Source: Tubiluchus corallicola | Taxonomy: Eukaryota > Animalia > Priapulida | Reading direction: 5' to 3' | Assembly: GCA_030141605.1 (NCBI GenBank) | Contig: JAQGDQ010000046.1 | Location: 496,001 to 560,000, forward strand | Length of the DNA: 64,000 nt | Shown: positions 38,946 through 52,000 of the stretch, piece by piece | Layout of the letters: every line of letters starts with the position of its first letter | Position numbering within the stretch: the stretch's first letter is position 1 | Position numbers and translations under genes: made by a program | The notes under the pieces: generated by a model | The model's database searches: none | What the model saw: only the letters and a program-made list of their open reading frames with translations | Told to the model about the DNA's origin: nothing

Positions 38946-40006
38946 TCACAACCCTAAACGTTTCCTAAAAATAGCAGCAGATTTTCGCTCCAGAGAAATT
39001 TGATGGAATTTGTCAGCAAACATTTGAGCGAGATAGGCGAAAAAATCATATTCAGCTGTTTTCTCTCTGCCTTCGCTAGCTATTAATTCGTATGATTTTA
39101 TTATAATTACACGGAAAGTGCAAAGCAGCACAAAAAATGCAACGCACGTGAAAAGAACTAAAAACAATAAACCTAGCTGGGATTGGGTTTCCGCGGGCGA
39201 ATCAAGTCTGCCTGCCCTTATAGTCAAATATACTAATGTTTCAAAGCCTTTGATTAAGGTGCTAAATTCTCGTTGTGTGTTACCTAACAAAATGAATGCC
39301 AAAATCATAAAGGGAATTATCGCGAGCAAAGACATAATAGTAAAAAAGAATAAAGGTGTTGCACATAGTGACAATGTGATGCCGCATACAGAGGTGACTT
39401 TGTTCAGTATCACTATATTCCATAATTTTAAAAAAGCGACAAAAACGAGTACAGACAGTATCCCTACGAGTGTATAGTCCCAGAGAGCAGGTTCGTAGAA
39501 ACTCAAAAAGCGAGTTTGCTCATTTTGCGCATTCATATCTAATATGTTGATGGCAATGACAGTCCTTTTTACAAAAAACACCACAGCAATCACAGACAAT
39601 ACCACAATGCTTAAATCAACGTAATGCCATGGAGTAAGAAAATATGCCAACTTTTTTGCCACAAGCTTTCTCACCTCTCTATAAGTGAGCACAATTAAGA
39701 GAAATAGGTAAACAACTATAGCCAACACTTGGCCCGCGTCTACTGTTCTTGCATATTTAAGCAAATCCAGGGTATTAATGGCATAATACGGTATTATCAC
39801 ACCAGAACTGCCAAATTCCACAGCCATCTGAACAATACTAAACAAGTTTGTGTTGGTATTAAATAAAGTAAATTCAATCATTAAAGCCCGGGTGTGATCA
39901 TCTATCCACCGTGAATTGATCAACGATTCAATGATGGCTTTATTTTCTGTATTGTTACGAGTTAGTTCCACCACGTACCCGCCACCACTGTACAATGCTA
40001 GTCTAC
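38946..40006 (-). CDS. Gene A terminal exon: polycystin cation-channel domain S2-S6 and short C-tail
   Basis: GRLALYSGGGYVVEL...WIDDHTRALMIEFTLFNTNTNLF...YFLTPWHYVDL...; 1061 nt ending in TGA; matches ORF 38946-39995. Confidence 0.95.
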
Positions 40007-43000
40007 CTGTAATTTAAGTAAACATAATTGTCACTAATTCAGCTTAATAAAAATTAACAATGTGTTAAATTAATGCAGCTTCACTACAAATTAACTGCCA
40101 CTCAACTTACAACAACACAAATATGGGTCATAAAAGTAAGAATAGCACAGCAAGCCAGGTTTAAGATGGTTCCATTGGCCATGTTACTAGCATAGCTATT
40201 CACCTTACTGAAAAACGAGACACCTGCATCTGCAAGTAGTCAACTCATCTCTGTAAGTTTAGAAAAACAGGGTTAATGAGCTATATTCTGGTCCCATCAC
40301 AGCCATCTTTACCAAGTAGATGTAGCTGTCAGAAAACATTTGTAGAATGCTGAATGTAATCGAAAAATAAAATAAACATAAATAAGTTGAGTTTAGTTAA
40401 GTATCTAGCTGTCATTATTAAAGAGTTCTAATATATTAACTTCAATGATGGAAGTGAAATTCCACATATGCATAATGCGTGATCTGTTGATGCGTGTGTG
40501 CGTGCGTGTGTCATTTGATGTTATTGTACAACACTTTGTAATTAAAGTAAATAATGTCCAATATGCACGTAATGTGCACTCCGCAATTCGTGATGCATGA
40601 TGATTCTTATTCACTGGCAATTTTGCTATCGTCTGAATAGCATCACGCAACATATACAGATGGGAGATCACCGTTGCCTAGGTGACTTATCAAATTTTCA
40701 AGTTTTGGGTGGCCATTTCATTGACTGCGTTCCTGTTCAGGTGAGTTTGGTCTCTTCAGGACTTATACACAGTAACAATTCTTCAAACAGAGTTTTTGAT
40801 GGTTGCAAGAAGTATATAACTACATTGTTTTGCGCCTAAATGCAGTTCCTTCATTAAATGATGATATATGCCATATTGTTCTCTCCCCCTGCAAACTGAT
40901 ATGCACCCAAAACCTGTGCTTTCTTTTGAATTTCTGTGTCGCACTGAAATATCGACGGAGACATGGCACCACACATTGCACGACATGGAGTCCTACCTGA
41001 ATGAGTTACAAATGTAACTAGTTAAAAATTGTGGAGCTGCAATTGTAACTAGTTCTTTTTTGTTATGCCTTGTAACGGACATAATACAGTTACCTTTTTC
41101 GGTTACATTTGTCAAGAGTCAAACCAAAAGTTTATTAACTGCAGATGGTATCAATTTATATTCTACATTACACTCTGTACAGTTGACTGTTTCTGTAGAG
41201 CAGGTCAGTAGCGCAACTCCATTCCAGCCTAAATTTTTTTGGCCTCATACCCATATAACAGATATGATAAATTCATGTAACACTTACTTTTTAAAGGAAC
41301 TGTAACTGTAGCTGGTTGCTGTTTTGATGGTGGAGAACGGTAACTGTGACTAATTACTTGTTTGGCAGCATAACATGTAATTATGATGAGCTTAGCTCAG
41401 ACACTAGCAAATTTCAAACCAGCTCATTAATTTGACTTCAGTCACCAGCAGTACTCAATCTATTACTAGTACATCAGCTACACTGTACCAGTTTTATCAA
41501 ACTACTGTTAGTACATCAGCTACAATGTACCAGCAATTGTAAATCTACTGCTAGTACATCAGCTATGCTGTACCAGCAATTGTCAATCTATTGCTAGTAC
41601 ATCAACTACGCTGTACCAGCAATTGTCAATCTGCTGTTAGTACATCAGCTACAATGTACCAGCAATCGTCAATCTACTGTTACTACATCAGCTACACTGT
41701 ACCAGCAACTGTCAAACTACTGTTAGTACATCAGCTACAATGTACCAGCAACTGACTGTCAAACTACTGCTAGGACATCAGCTACACTGTACCAGCAATT
41801 GTCAATCCACTGTTAGTACATCAGCTACAAGGCTATATTGTACCAGCAATGGTCAATCTACTGTTAATACATCAGGTACAATGTACCAGCAATCGTCAAT
41901 CTACTGTTAATACATCAGGTACAATGTACCAGCAATTGTCAAACTACTGTTAGTACATCAGCTACAATGTATCAGCAATTGTCAATCTACTGCTAGTACA
42001 TCAGCTACGCTGTACCACAATTGTCAATCCACTGTTAGTACATCAGCTACAATGTACCAGCAATTGTCAAACTACTGTTAGTACATCAGCTACAATGTAC
42101 CAGCAATTGTCAATCTACTGCTAGTACATCAGCTTCACTGTACCAGCAATTGTCAAATGACTGTTAGTACATCAGCTACACTGTACCAGCAATTGTCAAT
42201 CCACTGTTAGTACATCAGCTACAAGGCTACAATGTACCAGCAATTGTCAAACTACTGTTAGTACATCAGCTACAATGTACCAGTAATTGTCAATCTACTG
42301 CTAGTACATCAGCTACGCTGTACCAGCAATTGTCAATCTACTGCTAGTACATCAGCTACACTGTACCAGCAATTGTCAATATACTGCTAGTACATCAGCT
42401 ACACTGTACCACCAATTGTCAATATACTGTTAGTACATCAGCTATGCTGTACCAGCAATTGGCAATCTACTGTTAGCACATCAGCTAAAATGTACCAGCA
42501 ATTGTCAATCTACTTCAGCTACACTGTACTAGTAATTGTCAGTTTACTTTAGTGACTTCACTTTAGCTACTAGCAATAGTCAAGCTATGTCATTATCGTG
42601 GTTTCAGCTACTAGTGATTGTCAACCTAGCTTGCTAACTTCACTTCATGCATTGGCAACTGTCAATTTGGCTCACTAAGTTCATGTCAGGCAACAGCAAT
42701 AGTCAATCTAGTCTGTTAAATTCATTTCATCGATTTAAACTTTCTCAAAAAAGCTACATTCTAAATCTAATGATCAACCGTAATGGTTTTCGTAACAGAT
42801 GCACATCACAGAAACTGAAGCCAAAGAGACTGAACTGCAATTCAGGTGTTGTTTTGCAGCCATTTTCTAACATATAAGTTCTAACATATCACTAAGGTTA
42901 CTACGTTCACCCCAGAATTCACAACACACAGGTTATTACTGTCATTAACCTGTCTTGCTCTCATTCAGCTAAAAACGGCAATTTTATTTCAGCAAAAGTT

Positions 43001-46000
43001 GTAGCAAAATAGTCAGTTTACCATACATAGAGTACACTATAGATGCTTTACTTAAAATGTATCTAACTCATACCATATTGTCTTTCAAAGAGGTTAAACA
43101 AAAAACCTAATGCTTAATACTTTACACCAAGCACAGTTCCAAAATGGATACAGAATTTAGAGGTTAGGAAATGTAATCATTACAGCCCAAAGGTATGTAA
43201 TGTTTGAAATATGATTCAGTGGCATTTACAGGTTCATTTACCATAACACTGTTGACTATTTGTACACTATTAATACGTTTGTATACATGTCACATACAAT
43301 GATTATACTAATGGCAAATTTTTCAGACTTAAATATACCCTCGATATTCAACACATACCTGCAAAAGGGAGAGTCCAAAGAGCCAAAGTTGACTGAAATG
43401 TCCAATGATCCGGAGGATAGCGAGGATACTTACGATAACGCCACCCAGGTTTGTATGAACGAGTGTCCTCTGTAGCCCATGTATAATCATTTACACACCG
43501 ACGACCAAACGGTTCAAATATGGGATAAATACTGCAGCTTCCTGAAAAAAAGAAATCACATCCAATGCAATACTTTAAAAACGCAAGAAAATAAAGCACT
43601 TAAAGCAAAATAGGGTGATTAGACTATTTCCTCTACAGTGCAAAATACAAATTTTATTACTTAAAATAACTGCCAAAACATATAGTTGCCTTATATAAAG
43701 CAACCATATTTAAATATTAAATTACAGACTTCATTTACTAACTTGGAAATAACTAATAATGACAACAGTTGGATACAATCTCTTACATGGGAATCGTTCA
43801 CCGATGCCTCACAGGTTTAATTTGTGCAATTATGCACAGAGCTGCTAATGCAACAGAGTCTACTTACGCATAATGTGTTTCCAAGAACTTAGAAGAAGCA
43901 TTGTTGTCCATATGGGCATGTGAGTGTGCAATAGTAAAGAACTAACTGACTTTAAAGTAAAAATTTGATTAATGTTGGTCAGCCTTACAAAAAAAACCTA
44001 TGTTTGCACTTTAAGTACTTTTAGCAGCAGATTATTTTGAGCTACTGACAACCTATTAGTACTGTTTTCCTTTACTAAATGTATAATTATTATTTATTTA
44101 TTGATCATCCTGTGTATCCATAAAGTGAAAAAACTGCTGCCTGAAGTGCCGACAACTTAACATTTTCAAAAATCATTGGTATAGAAACCTCAGTCAGCAC
44201 AAGGGCTTTCAATAACGCATATACATGTGTTTAAAACTGAATGCTGTTGTCAGTGAGATGGTTCACCATAAGAGTCAGGTAGTCAGTCTCATCTGACAAC
44301 CAATACATAATTTTGACAGAACAGTAAAATAGAAAATATACTATACAGGACTTGCAATACACAAACTCCGGCACCTCTTTACCGTAAACATCAAAGCTCC
44401 CAAAAAAGTGGAGATCAATCGAATGCAGTTATCACTGGAACACTTAAGTATTAGTTCATTGTTTTCTTATATTTTAGCTACCCAGTCAGAGTAACTTGTT
44501 AGGTACAATGATCAAAAGAAATTACGCTACAAATGCTACAAATATAATCAGAAACTTGCCAGCACTGAGCAATATTACTTAAGCTTTCAGGTGGGAAATC
44601 TAAAACTATTGTTTTATTTACAATACATGCCATTGGTAACAACTACAAAAAAACAGAACTTTCTAGTTAATCATCTGTACCTGGAGACGCTCGCAAAAGA
44701 CGTAACCTAACAACGCCTATTAACTTTGAGACCAAATCTGGAGCATATCCACGTGGCACACGCTTCCTGTTGTAGAAGAAGTCCACAAAGAGATTTGATA
44801 ACAGCGTGCTATCAATGTAGTCCCACATACTATCGACATCTGATACCTGCAAGAAGTATAAATCAATATTACTAATGTAGGTACAGGTAATAATGGCACA
44901 GGAAAAAATGGCAAAGGAAAAATGACGCAAGAAAAAATGGCACGGTAAAATGGCACAAGAAAAATGGCACACTTAGTAAAATATGAGTTTAGGTTTAGGG
45001 TTAATGTGTGTAATAATTATTCTAGTTATTTTTACTTCTGACAAGAAAATTACGCTTCAACACTGTTTCTTTGCTTGTCTGGTTGTTTTTTGTCTGTTAT
45101 ATCAGTAAGCCCCCTATGCAGAAACTCCCTAACAGATTTCCGCAAAACTTGATCAAACACCACATACAAAAATCATTCATGAAATTTGAAAAACAAAATA
45201 TTTTTCTAAAACAAAATTAGAAAAAACAAGGTTGACACTTTAAATATTGTGTCATTTGAAATGATTCCGATTTCTGAGAGTCATTAGTCAAAGTACTGTA
45301 GATACTTAAAAAACCCAAGGAGAGAATAAGTAAGAAAGAGAAAGCGAAAGGGAGGAAGAGAGAGGAGAGGGTGCGAGAGAGAGGAAAGAGGGGTGAGAGA
45401 ATGGAGAAAAGGAGAGGTAGAGAGAGAAGAATAAGGGAAAGAGATTAACGCAGAAGCGAAGGGAGAGAGGAAAGAACGTGAACCAGAGACATAACGGAAA
45501 GACAGAGGCAAAAGAAAAAATAGAGAGAGAAAGATTGGAAGACACATAGGGACAAAAAAGACCTACTCTTCGATTTGTGCCATTTTGTCCTGTGCCATTT
45601 TTTCCTATGACATGTTTACCACACCTAAGAAGAATACCTATCTACAAAACTTTGGCTGGTCAACAAACTTTTGTTCACAACTATTCTTATCACAGTACAA
45701 ACACTAAAATCCATTTAAGTCTATTTACACCCACATGTATCATTTTGGATATGACAAGTCTGCTGTCATTTGTTTATTTACATTGATTAATTTTTGATGT
45801 ATCATTTTTGACTTATTTTGCCACCAGATGGCTGTTACTTTTTTATCCCGAGTTTTTATTTAAGCTAACTGAAGGCAGATCCATGTCTAATTTAGTTGTT
45901 GGGAGTAGCCAAAAACCTCTATTTTTCCTTTGTACCAAGTAACACCCTGTTAGTGATTGAATTACCAAAAAAAAACATCATGGATGAGTATTCAATATGT

Positions 46001-49000
46001 TGAAATTAAGATATGTGTATCCTAGTATAAACTTCACTTGTTTTGTACATATGCATTGAGAGGTAATGTTAAATATGCCATACAGATACACCTTGACAGT
46101 GTACATGTATATTGAGTGGAAACCAGAACAGTGACCTAAAAAAGTTAGTTCAGATAGAGAGCTGCTTACGTTTGTATGTTAAAAGCATCCATGTTAATAA
46201 AAAGCAGTGAATAAATTTGGGCAACAACATGAAAGTGATTTTGGAGCCGACACTGGTTAGCTTGGTGTAGCTGTAGCTGGTGATGTTGGTAGACGAGACC
46301 TACTGTCAAAGTCAATTATCCTACATACGTTAATCTGAGGTGCAAAGCCATAATTTGGTTAGGGACAGACTGTCATTTGCCATAGTGTTGAGGTATGCAG
46401 AGTCAGACTTATTCTGTGCAGAACTGAAGTTGCCGGTACGGTGTAGCGCTGCTACATTTCTAATATCTAGAGGAACATTAACTGTTTGCCACACGTCGAT
46501 CATTAACTTCTTGAAGTGAAGCTTGGAACTTGCTAGTAAGACACAGGCCTGCTGGTGAAGTACAGTCTATGGCGCCTCCCAGTAACCTGCCTTCTTACTA
46601 TCCCTTCATTACCTGGGGAATGGGGCTTACTTTGTACACACCCTGTAAATTTCTCATAAATTGTAATTCTGATTAGAAAACTGTTTTGCATTAAAGCTTT
46701 ATTTTGCTATCGTTCCTTTAAATTTTACGATGTGAACGCAGCTTTAATTTCAATAAACCTAAAAAGTGTTGATTTCTTTATAGTAATTATTTACTGTTTT
46801 GTGTTAATTTACATTTGGTGATAAGACATTGTGGTTATATCCAGTAATCACTAGACTGCCTATTAACAACTAATCAGGTAACGATTTCTGTAGAGTTTAA
46901 ACTATTTACAAATTTTGTTTAAAGTCCTTAGACCATAATGCCGTCATGTTACACCACAATAATCACTACAATCTCAATGTCAAGATTATCATTAATGATT
47001 GGTGATGGAGAAAATGCTATAAACCCTCATTTAGATTTTGATATATAAACCCTTATATAAGCTTCAAACACAAGGAATGTGAAAAAGTTAGGATAAAGGC
47101 TGGATTTGAAGGTAGTTTCTGCTTACAAGGCAATATTCTAACTTTTCACATGTCCAGTAGGTTTGTACTGTCATACACTCGTATAATTACATAGTGATCT
47201 AAGTGGATTCATGATCTATAAGGACTTGTAGCAGAAGACCTGGTTCAAATCTAGGCATTATTCTAACTTGTTTACATGACCTATGGGTTTGTACATTCAT
47301 ACAGTCACATAATTAGATAGTACTTGCAATCATTCAAGCTTGTTTAATTTTTGTCTAATAGTTTTCAATTTTTTTATAATTATCAATTTCATGGTAATTA
47401 TTACCTACTATAATTTAAAATTTTGTATACATTTTTACTTTGCTGTGCAATTTTTATAATTTTTATAGCAACATGCATTTAATAATCTCTTTGTGTATAT
47501 GCTGCACTTTTGAAGCTGGTACAATTGAATTTTTGTAAATTGAGCTTAAAGGTTTGTTTGCAAAGTGATATTTTTGTGATCCACCATTCCAAGTGAATTA
47601 GGTCTATGTAGAATGATGGAAAGGTCGATAGATTGACAGATTAGTCGACAAAGATTGATAGAACTTTACAGAGTGCTCAGACTAGTGAGCTTTGTTTTCA
47701 TTCAGCGCATTCAGACTAGCGAGTTTTCTGTCACAAGTTTTCGTTCAGCGCATTCAGACTAGCGAGTTTTCTGTTGCGAGTTTTCATTCAGCGCATTCAG
47801 ACTAGCGAGTTTTCTGTTGCGAGTTTTCATTCAGCACATTTAGACTAGCGATTTTCTGTCTCGAGTTTTCATTCAGCGCATTCAGACTAGCGAATTTTCT
47901 GTCGTGAGTTTTCATTCAGCGCATTCAGACTAGCCAGTTTTCTGTCGAGGGTTTTCTTTCTGAGAGTAAACTCGCTCCCTTTAGTCTGAACATGTTTGCA
48001 AATTATTTGGCAAGCTAAAGCAGATTTACTTGGTGAGAAAACTAGTTAGTCTGAACATGCAATTATAGCTTCATTTCTTTTGTAAGCGTCACTGTGTATT
48101 AGTACTAAATAATGCGCTAATACTACGTTAATAGTTTTTTCTATTTAACACTGTAAACTGGAACCTACACGTTTGAAAGTGAGTGCTGTCACATTATTGG
48201 GCAAGAAACTAACTTACGTAACTTGTAACAAAACTAAAGGTATGGACCAAAACAACACTAACTGTCTTCGGGCCGATTTGCTGTCAGCATTTACATTTAT
48301 AATTTTTAACTTTGTAACGTTTACTCACCAACTATTGTTCAGTGAATACATGCTCATTAACAAGAAGAGCAAAAGTCATTTGCTGAACAGTGAGCTATCA
48401 CAGCTGAATACTGCAGCACACAGGACTAGTACAGCTAAATTGTTAGTGTAGTTTACACACCTGGAAATTTTTCCATTAGTGTTGTATCATAAAATTTGCA
48501 AGCATTTTCTGCGCATACCTATTTTACTGTTTACAGCATCTAGCGGTGAATCTTGTAAAATCACTGTGTGAACTTTTTTAATTGACATACACCTTATACA
48601 ATTTCCAAACACTTCCTAAAATGCCAAAGCAAAACAGATGAAACTTTGTGCAGCGAACATTTACATTAGCAGCATTTACTTACATTTGTGAAAGCTATCT
48701 GTCCTTTATATGAAGCAGTAATAAACATATCGTTAACGGATTGCGTTACCAGGTGAGACCTGCAAAACAAGTAAAGACTTATTATTGAAATGTTTTTTCT
48801 TTAGATCCTACATCTGGATCAAAATTGCACTCTAAATTTACGAATTTTGCTATCAAAGTAATTCTATTTTAACAAAAGAAAAGAATAATTAAAAAGGGTC
48901 TTCATTGAATGTGTACCTCTGCGCATATCTACATACTGATCATTCATGCAGGAAATAAGTTTGCTACTACTGAACTAGGTTTTCCATCATTTATTATATA

Positions 49001-52000
49001 GCATCCAAATTCGAGCTGCCTGCTGAAAGTTGTGACACTACATAATTGTACTTTATTATCTGGCTTTTTAATATATTCTTTACCATTTATTCAAAAACTC
49101 TAGTTCAGTTTAAATTACTTTAATAATAACACTCCACTCTAGGGTAGTCTATAGTTTTAAAACAGTGCAACTGCTGATAGTAAAATAACATTTTCTTTGA
49201 GCAAGCTAATTCCATAACAATACAATTGGGGTATTGGACAGTTAAAACAAGTTTCAATCAAAACTGTTGATTGAGGGACTTGGTGAACTCAAAATTATGA
49301 ATTAGGAAATGACATCAATGCCAGCTTGAATTCAAGATAGCAAATTGTAATCCACATCTGTCAATTGATGCAGAATCTGTTATGCCGATCTGTTGTGAAC
49401 TGGTGGAATGTCAGGGTTTATCAAAAATAACATTACTGCATGGCAACTCAAAAATCTGAATCCAACAGTCAAACGTTGAATTTGTTTTAGTATATTCCAG
49501 CAAAGTTTCATGATGATCTATTGTAAATTGGTGGAGCCATAGGCTTTTCTCGAAAATGATCCTATCACATTCAACTTGAATTTAAAATGACCGAAAAACC
49601 AACTCTGTCAGTCAATGTGGAACTCATTCTAGTGTATTTTCTATAATTATCAACTCTGTCAGTCAATGTGGAACTCATTCTAGTATATTTTCTGTAATTA
49701 TCAACTCTGTCAGTCAATGTGGAACTCATTCTAGTACATTTTCTATAATTATCAACTTGTGTCAGTCAATGTGGAACTCATTCTAGCACATTTCTAGAAA
49801 AGTTTCATTATGATCACTTTGAATTGCCGGCGACTTAGGCTTTTCTCAAAAATAATATTATTACCGCCATCTTGAATACAAATGACATAAAAAAATCTGA
49901 CTCTGTCAATCCATGCAGAATTGGTGCTCTAGTATAATGTGTAAAACTTCACGACAATCCATTGCGAATTCATGAAGCATTAAGATTTTTTTCAATTTTC
50001 AAAAGGTTGCCACCTAACAATAACTACAACAATGGTAATATCAAGACGAGTAGCAAGTTGGGTTGTCTCTAAATTAAGCTTGAAAGCACGCGTAGTTAAA
50101 TAACCTTGAGTATAGACCTACCTAGAATCTCGAAAGCTATATACAATACTTCCTAGTAGAAATGTAAAAACTGAAAACAGTAAAAGCTCTCTCATCAACT
50201 TGTTCATGTTGCGTTTGTGCAAGCGAATTTTTCTGTAGTACTCTAACTCCTTCTCATCTGGAGGTCGATATTCGTACCTTCGTTGCAAGACACTACAGAA
50301 AATAGGCTGCAGGTTACAATTTATAACTGTAACAGCAAATCAGAATGGAGTTATCATGAACTAAGCCACAGACCGCACACTATTTAAATCATGGCTTATA
50401 GTAACAGCTTTCGAATTAACTTTCTTTATATTTTCCTAATGTGTAGCTATCAATAAAATGAAATTCAAACAAGTGGGTTTTAGCAAACCTTCCTTGAATA
50501 TTAAAAGTCTCCTGCAGATTATGTAATAACGAAAAATACAAAATAACCTAAAAAAAGGTCATTTGAGTCTTAGTTATTTCAGTTTAAATAAACTCACTTT
50601 AAGCTTAAATTCCTATTCAAATTATTTTTCGTGTTTTAATTTTTTTGTGAATTTTTGTGTAAATTGTTTTTTCTTCTGATCTAATTTTCTAAGGTTTTTT
50701 GTCCCATTGCTTTTATAGTTAACTAAGGTATGTTTCAAGGAATGTAGGTAAAAATGGCACAGTAAAATGGTACAGGAAAAATGGCACAGGAAAAAATCGC
50801 ACAAATGGAAAGGTAAAAATGGCACACCTAGTAATATATTTGCATAGGGTTAGGGTTACAGTGGAGTATAATTATTTTAGCTATTTTTACCTTTGCAAAA
50901 GAAGTTACACTCCAACACAGCTTGCTTGTCTGTTTGTTTGGTTGCTCTTTATCTGTTATACACTAAGCTTATTATGCATAAACTATCTAACAGATTTCCA
51001 AGAAAGTTTGTGAAGGAGGGTTTCGTGGGAAAAATGGGCATCTTTTCGCTGGTTCTTTTTCGCAGAACTTTACCGAACAACACGTACAAAAAACGTTCAT
51101 GGAGCACTTTATGGAAGACTGGACAATGGAGTGTTTACTACTTCTTTTTTCTTAGCTCCTCTAGGTTAGTTCCAGGTTCCATTTCGAGAAAACCCGCTTG
51201 TAAACTGGGTAAAACTGGATATAACCTTTGTTTATTAATGTGTATAACCCTATAAGGTGATTTGGTACATATATATTTGTCAGTCTTTTACCACTACCAA
51301 AATTAACGGTGACATGGTAGATAAACACTATGTGGAACATTCGTGCATTATATATTGTAAATTATTTAATGAACAAATATTTTGCGAGTCTTTTACTAGT
51401 CTAAATAATACCAATACAGGTACATTTTTGTATGTTTGCTTGTTTATCTTTGTGTTAAATTTTTTGAATCAAAAGAATCAGATGAATAAGATTAGGATTG
51501 TTCAACTTTGGCAGAGATTTTGCTTCTTCCCACTGAGTGCATTTTAGTTTTATTATAGAGATCAATCAAATCAGAAAAACATATTTGCCATTTTTCCTAA
51601 CATTTTCATTGTTTCCTATGCCATTTTTACTTGTGTTATTCTTTCCTGTGCTATTCTAACCTGTACCATTTTTACTGTGCTATTTTTTCCTGGGACATTT
51701 TTACTACGCCATTGTTCATGGGTCTTTTTTGTCCGTTGCTTTTTTACCTGTGCCATTTTACTGTGCACCGCTTCAAGAGTCCCATTTCATGTTGCAAACT
51801 GTTTTGCTGTTTTACATTAGCTATATATATTCACTGAGAAATGTCTATAAGTGGTGTGGTGTTTCTGACTGTTTAAATGCAAATGAAATGGATGGCAAGT
51901 GAAACGGATGGCAAATGAAATGGAAGACAATTAATAAATATCCATGTCGTTAGGTAGTGTAGGCTTATTTCTAAGAGGAGACACATAGTAGTTAGTCTAA

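Noticed and set aside
39118-39477. 119-aa plus-strand ORF
   Set aside because: Antisense shadow of the gene A terminal exon
41447-42540. Possible CRISPR array
   Set aside because: Units are contiguous with no unique spacers, there are no cas genes, and it lies in a eukaryotic intron
45930-46953. Possible second solo LTR
   Set aside because: Ends in TGTTACA and has an AATAAA, but no convincing 5' boundary or TSD was found
50893-51837. Cluster of 60-120 aa ORFs
   Set aside because: They lie within a non-coding MITE that is repeated at 36596 without conserved frames
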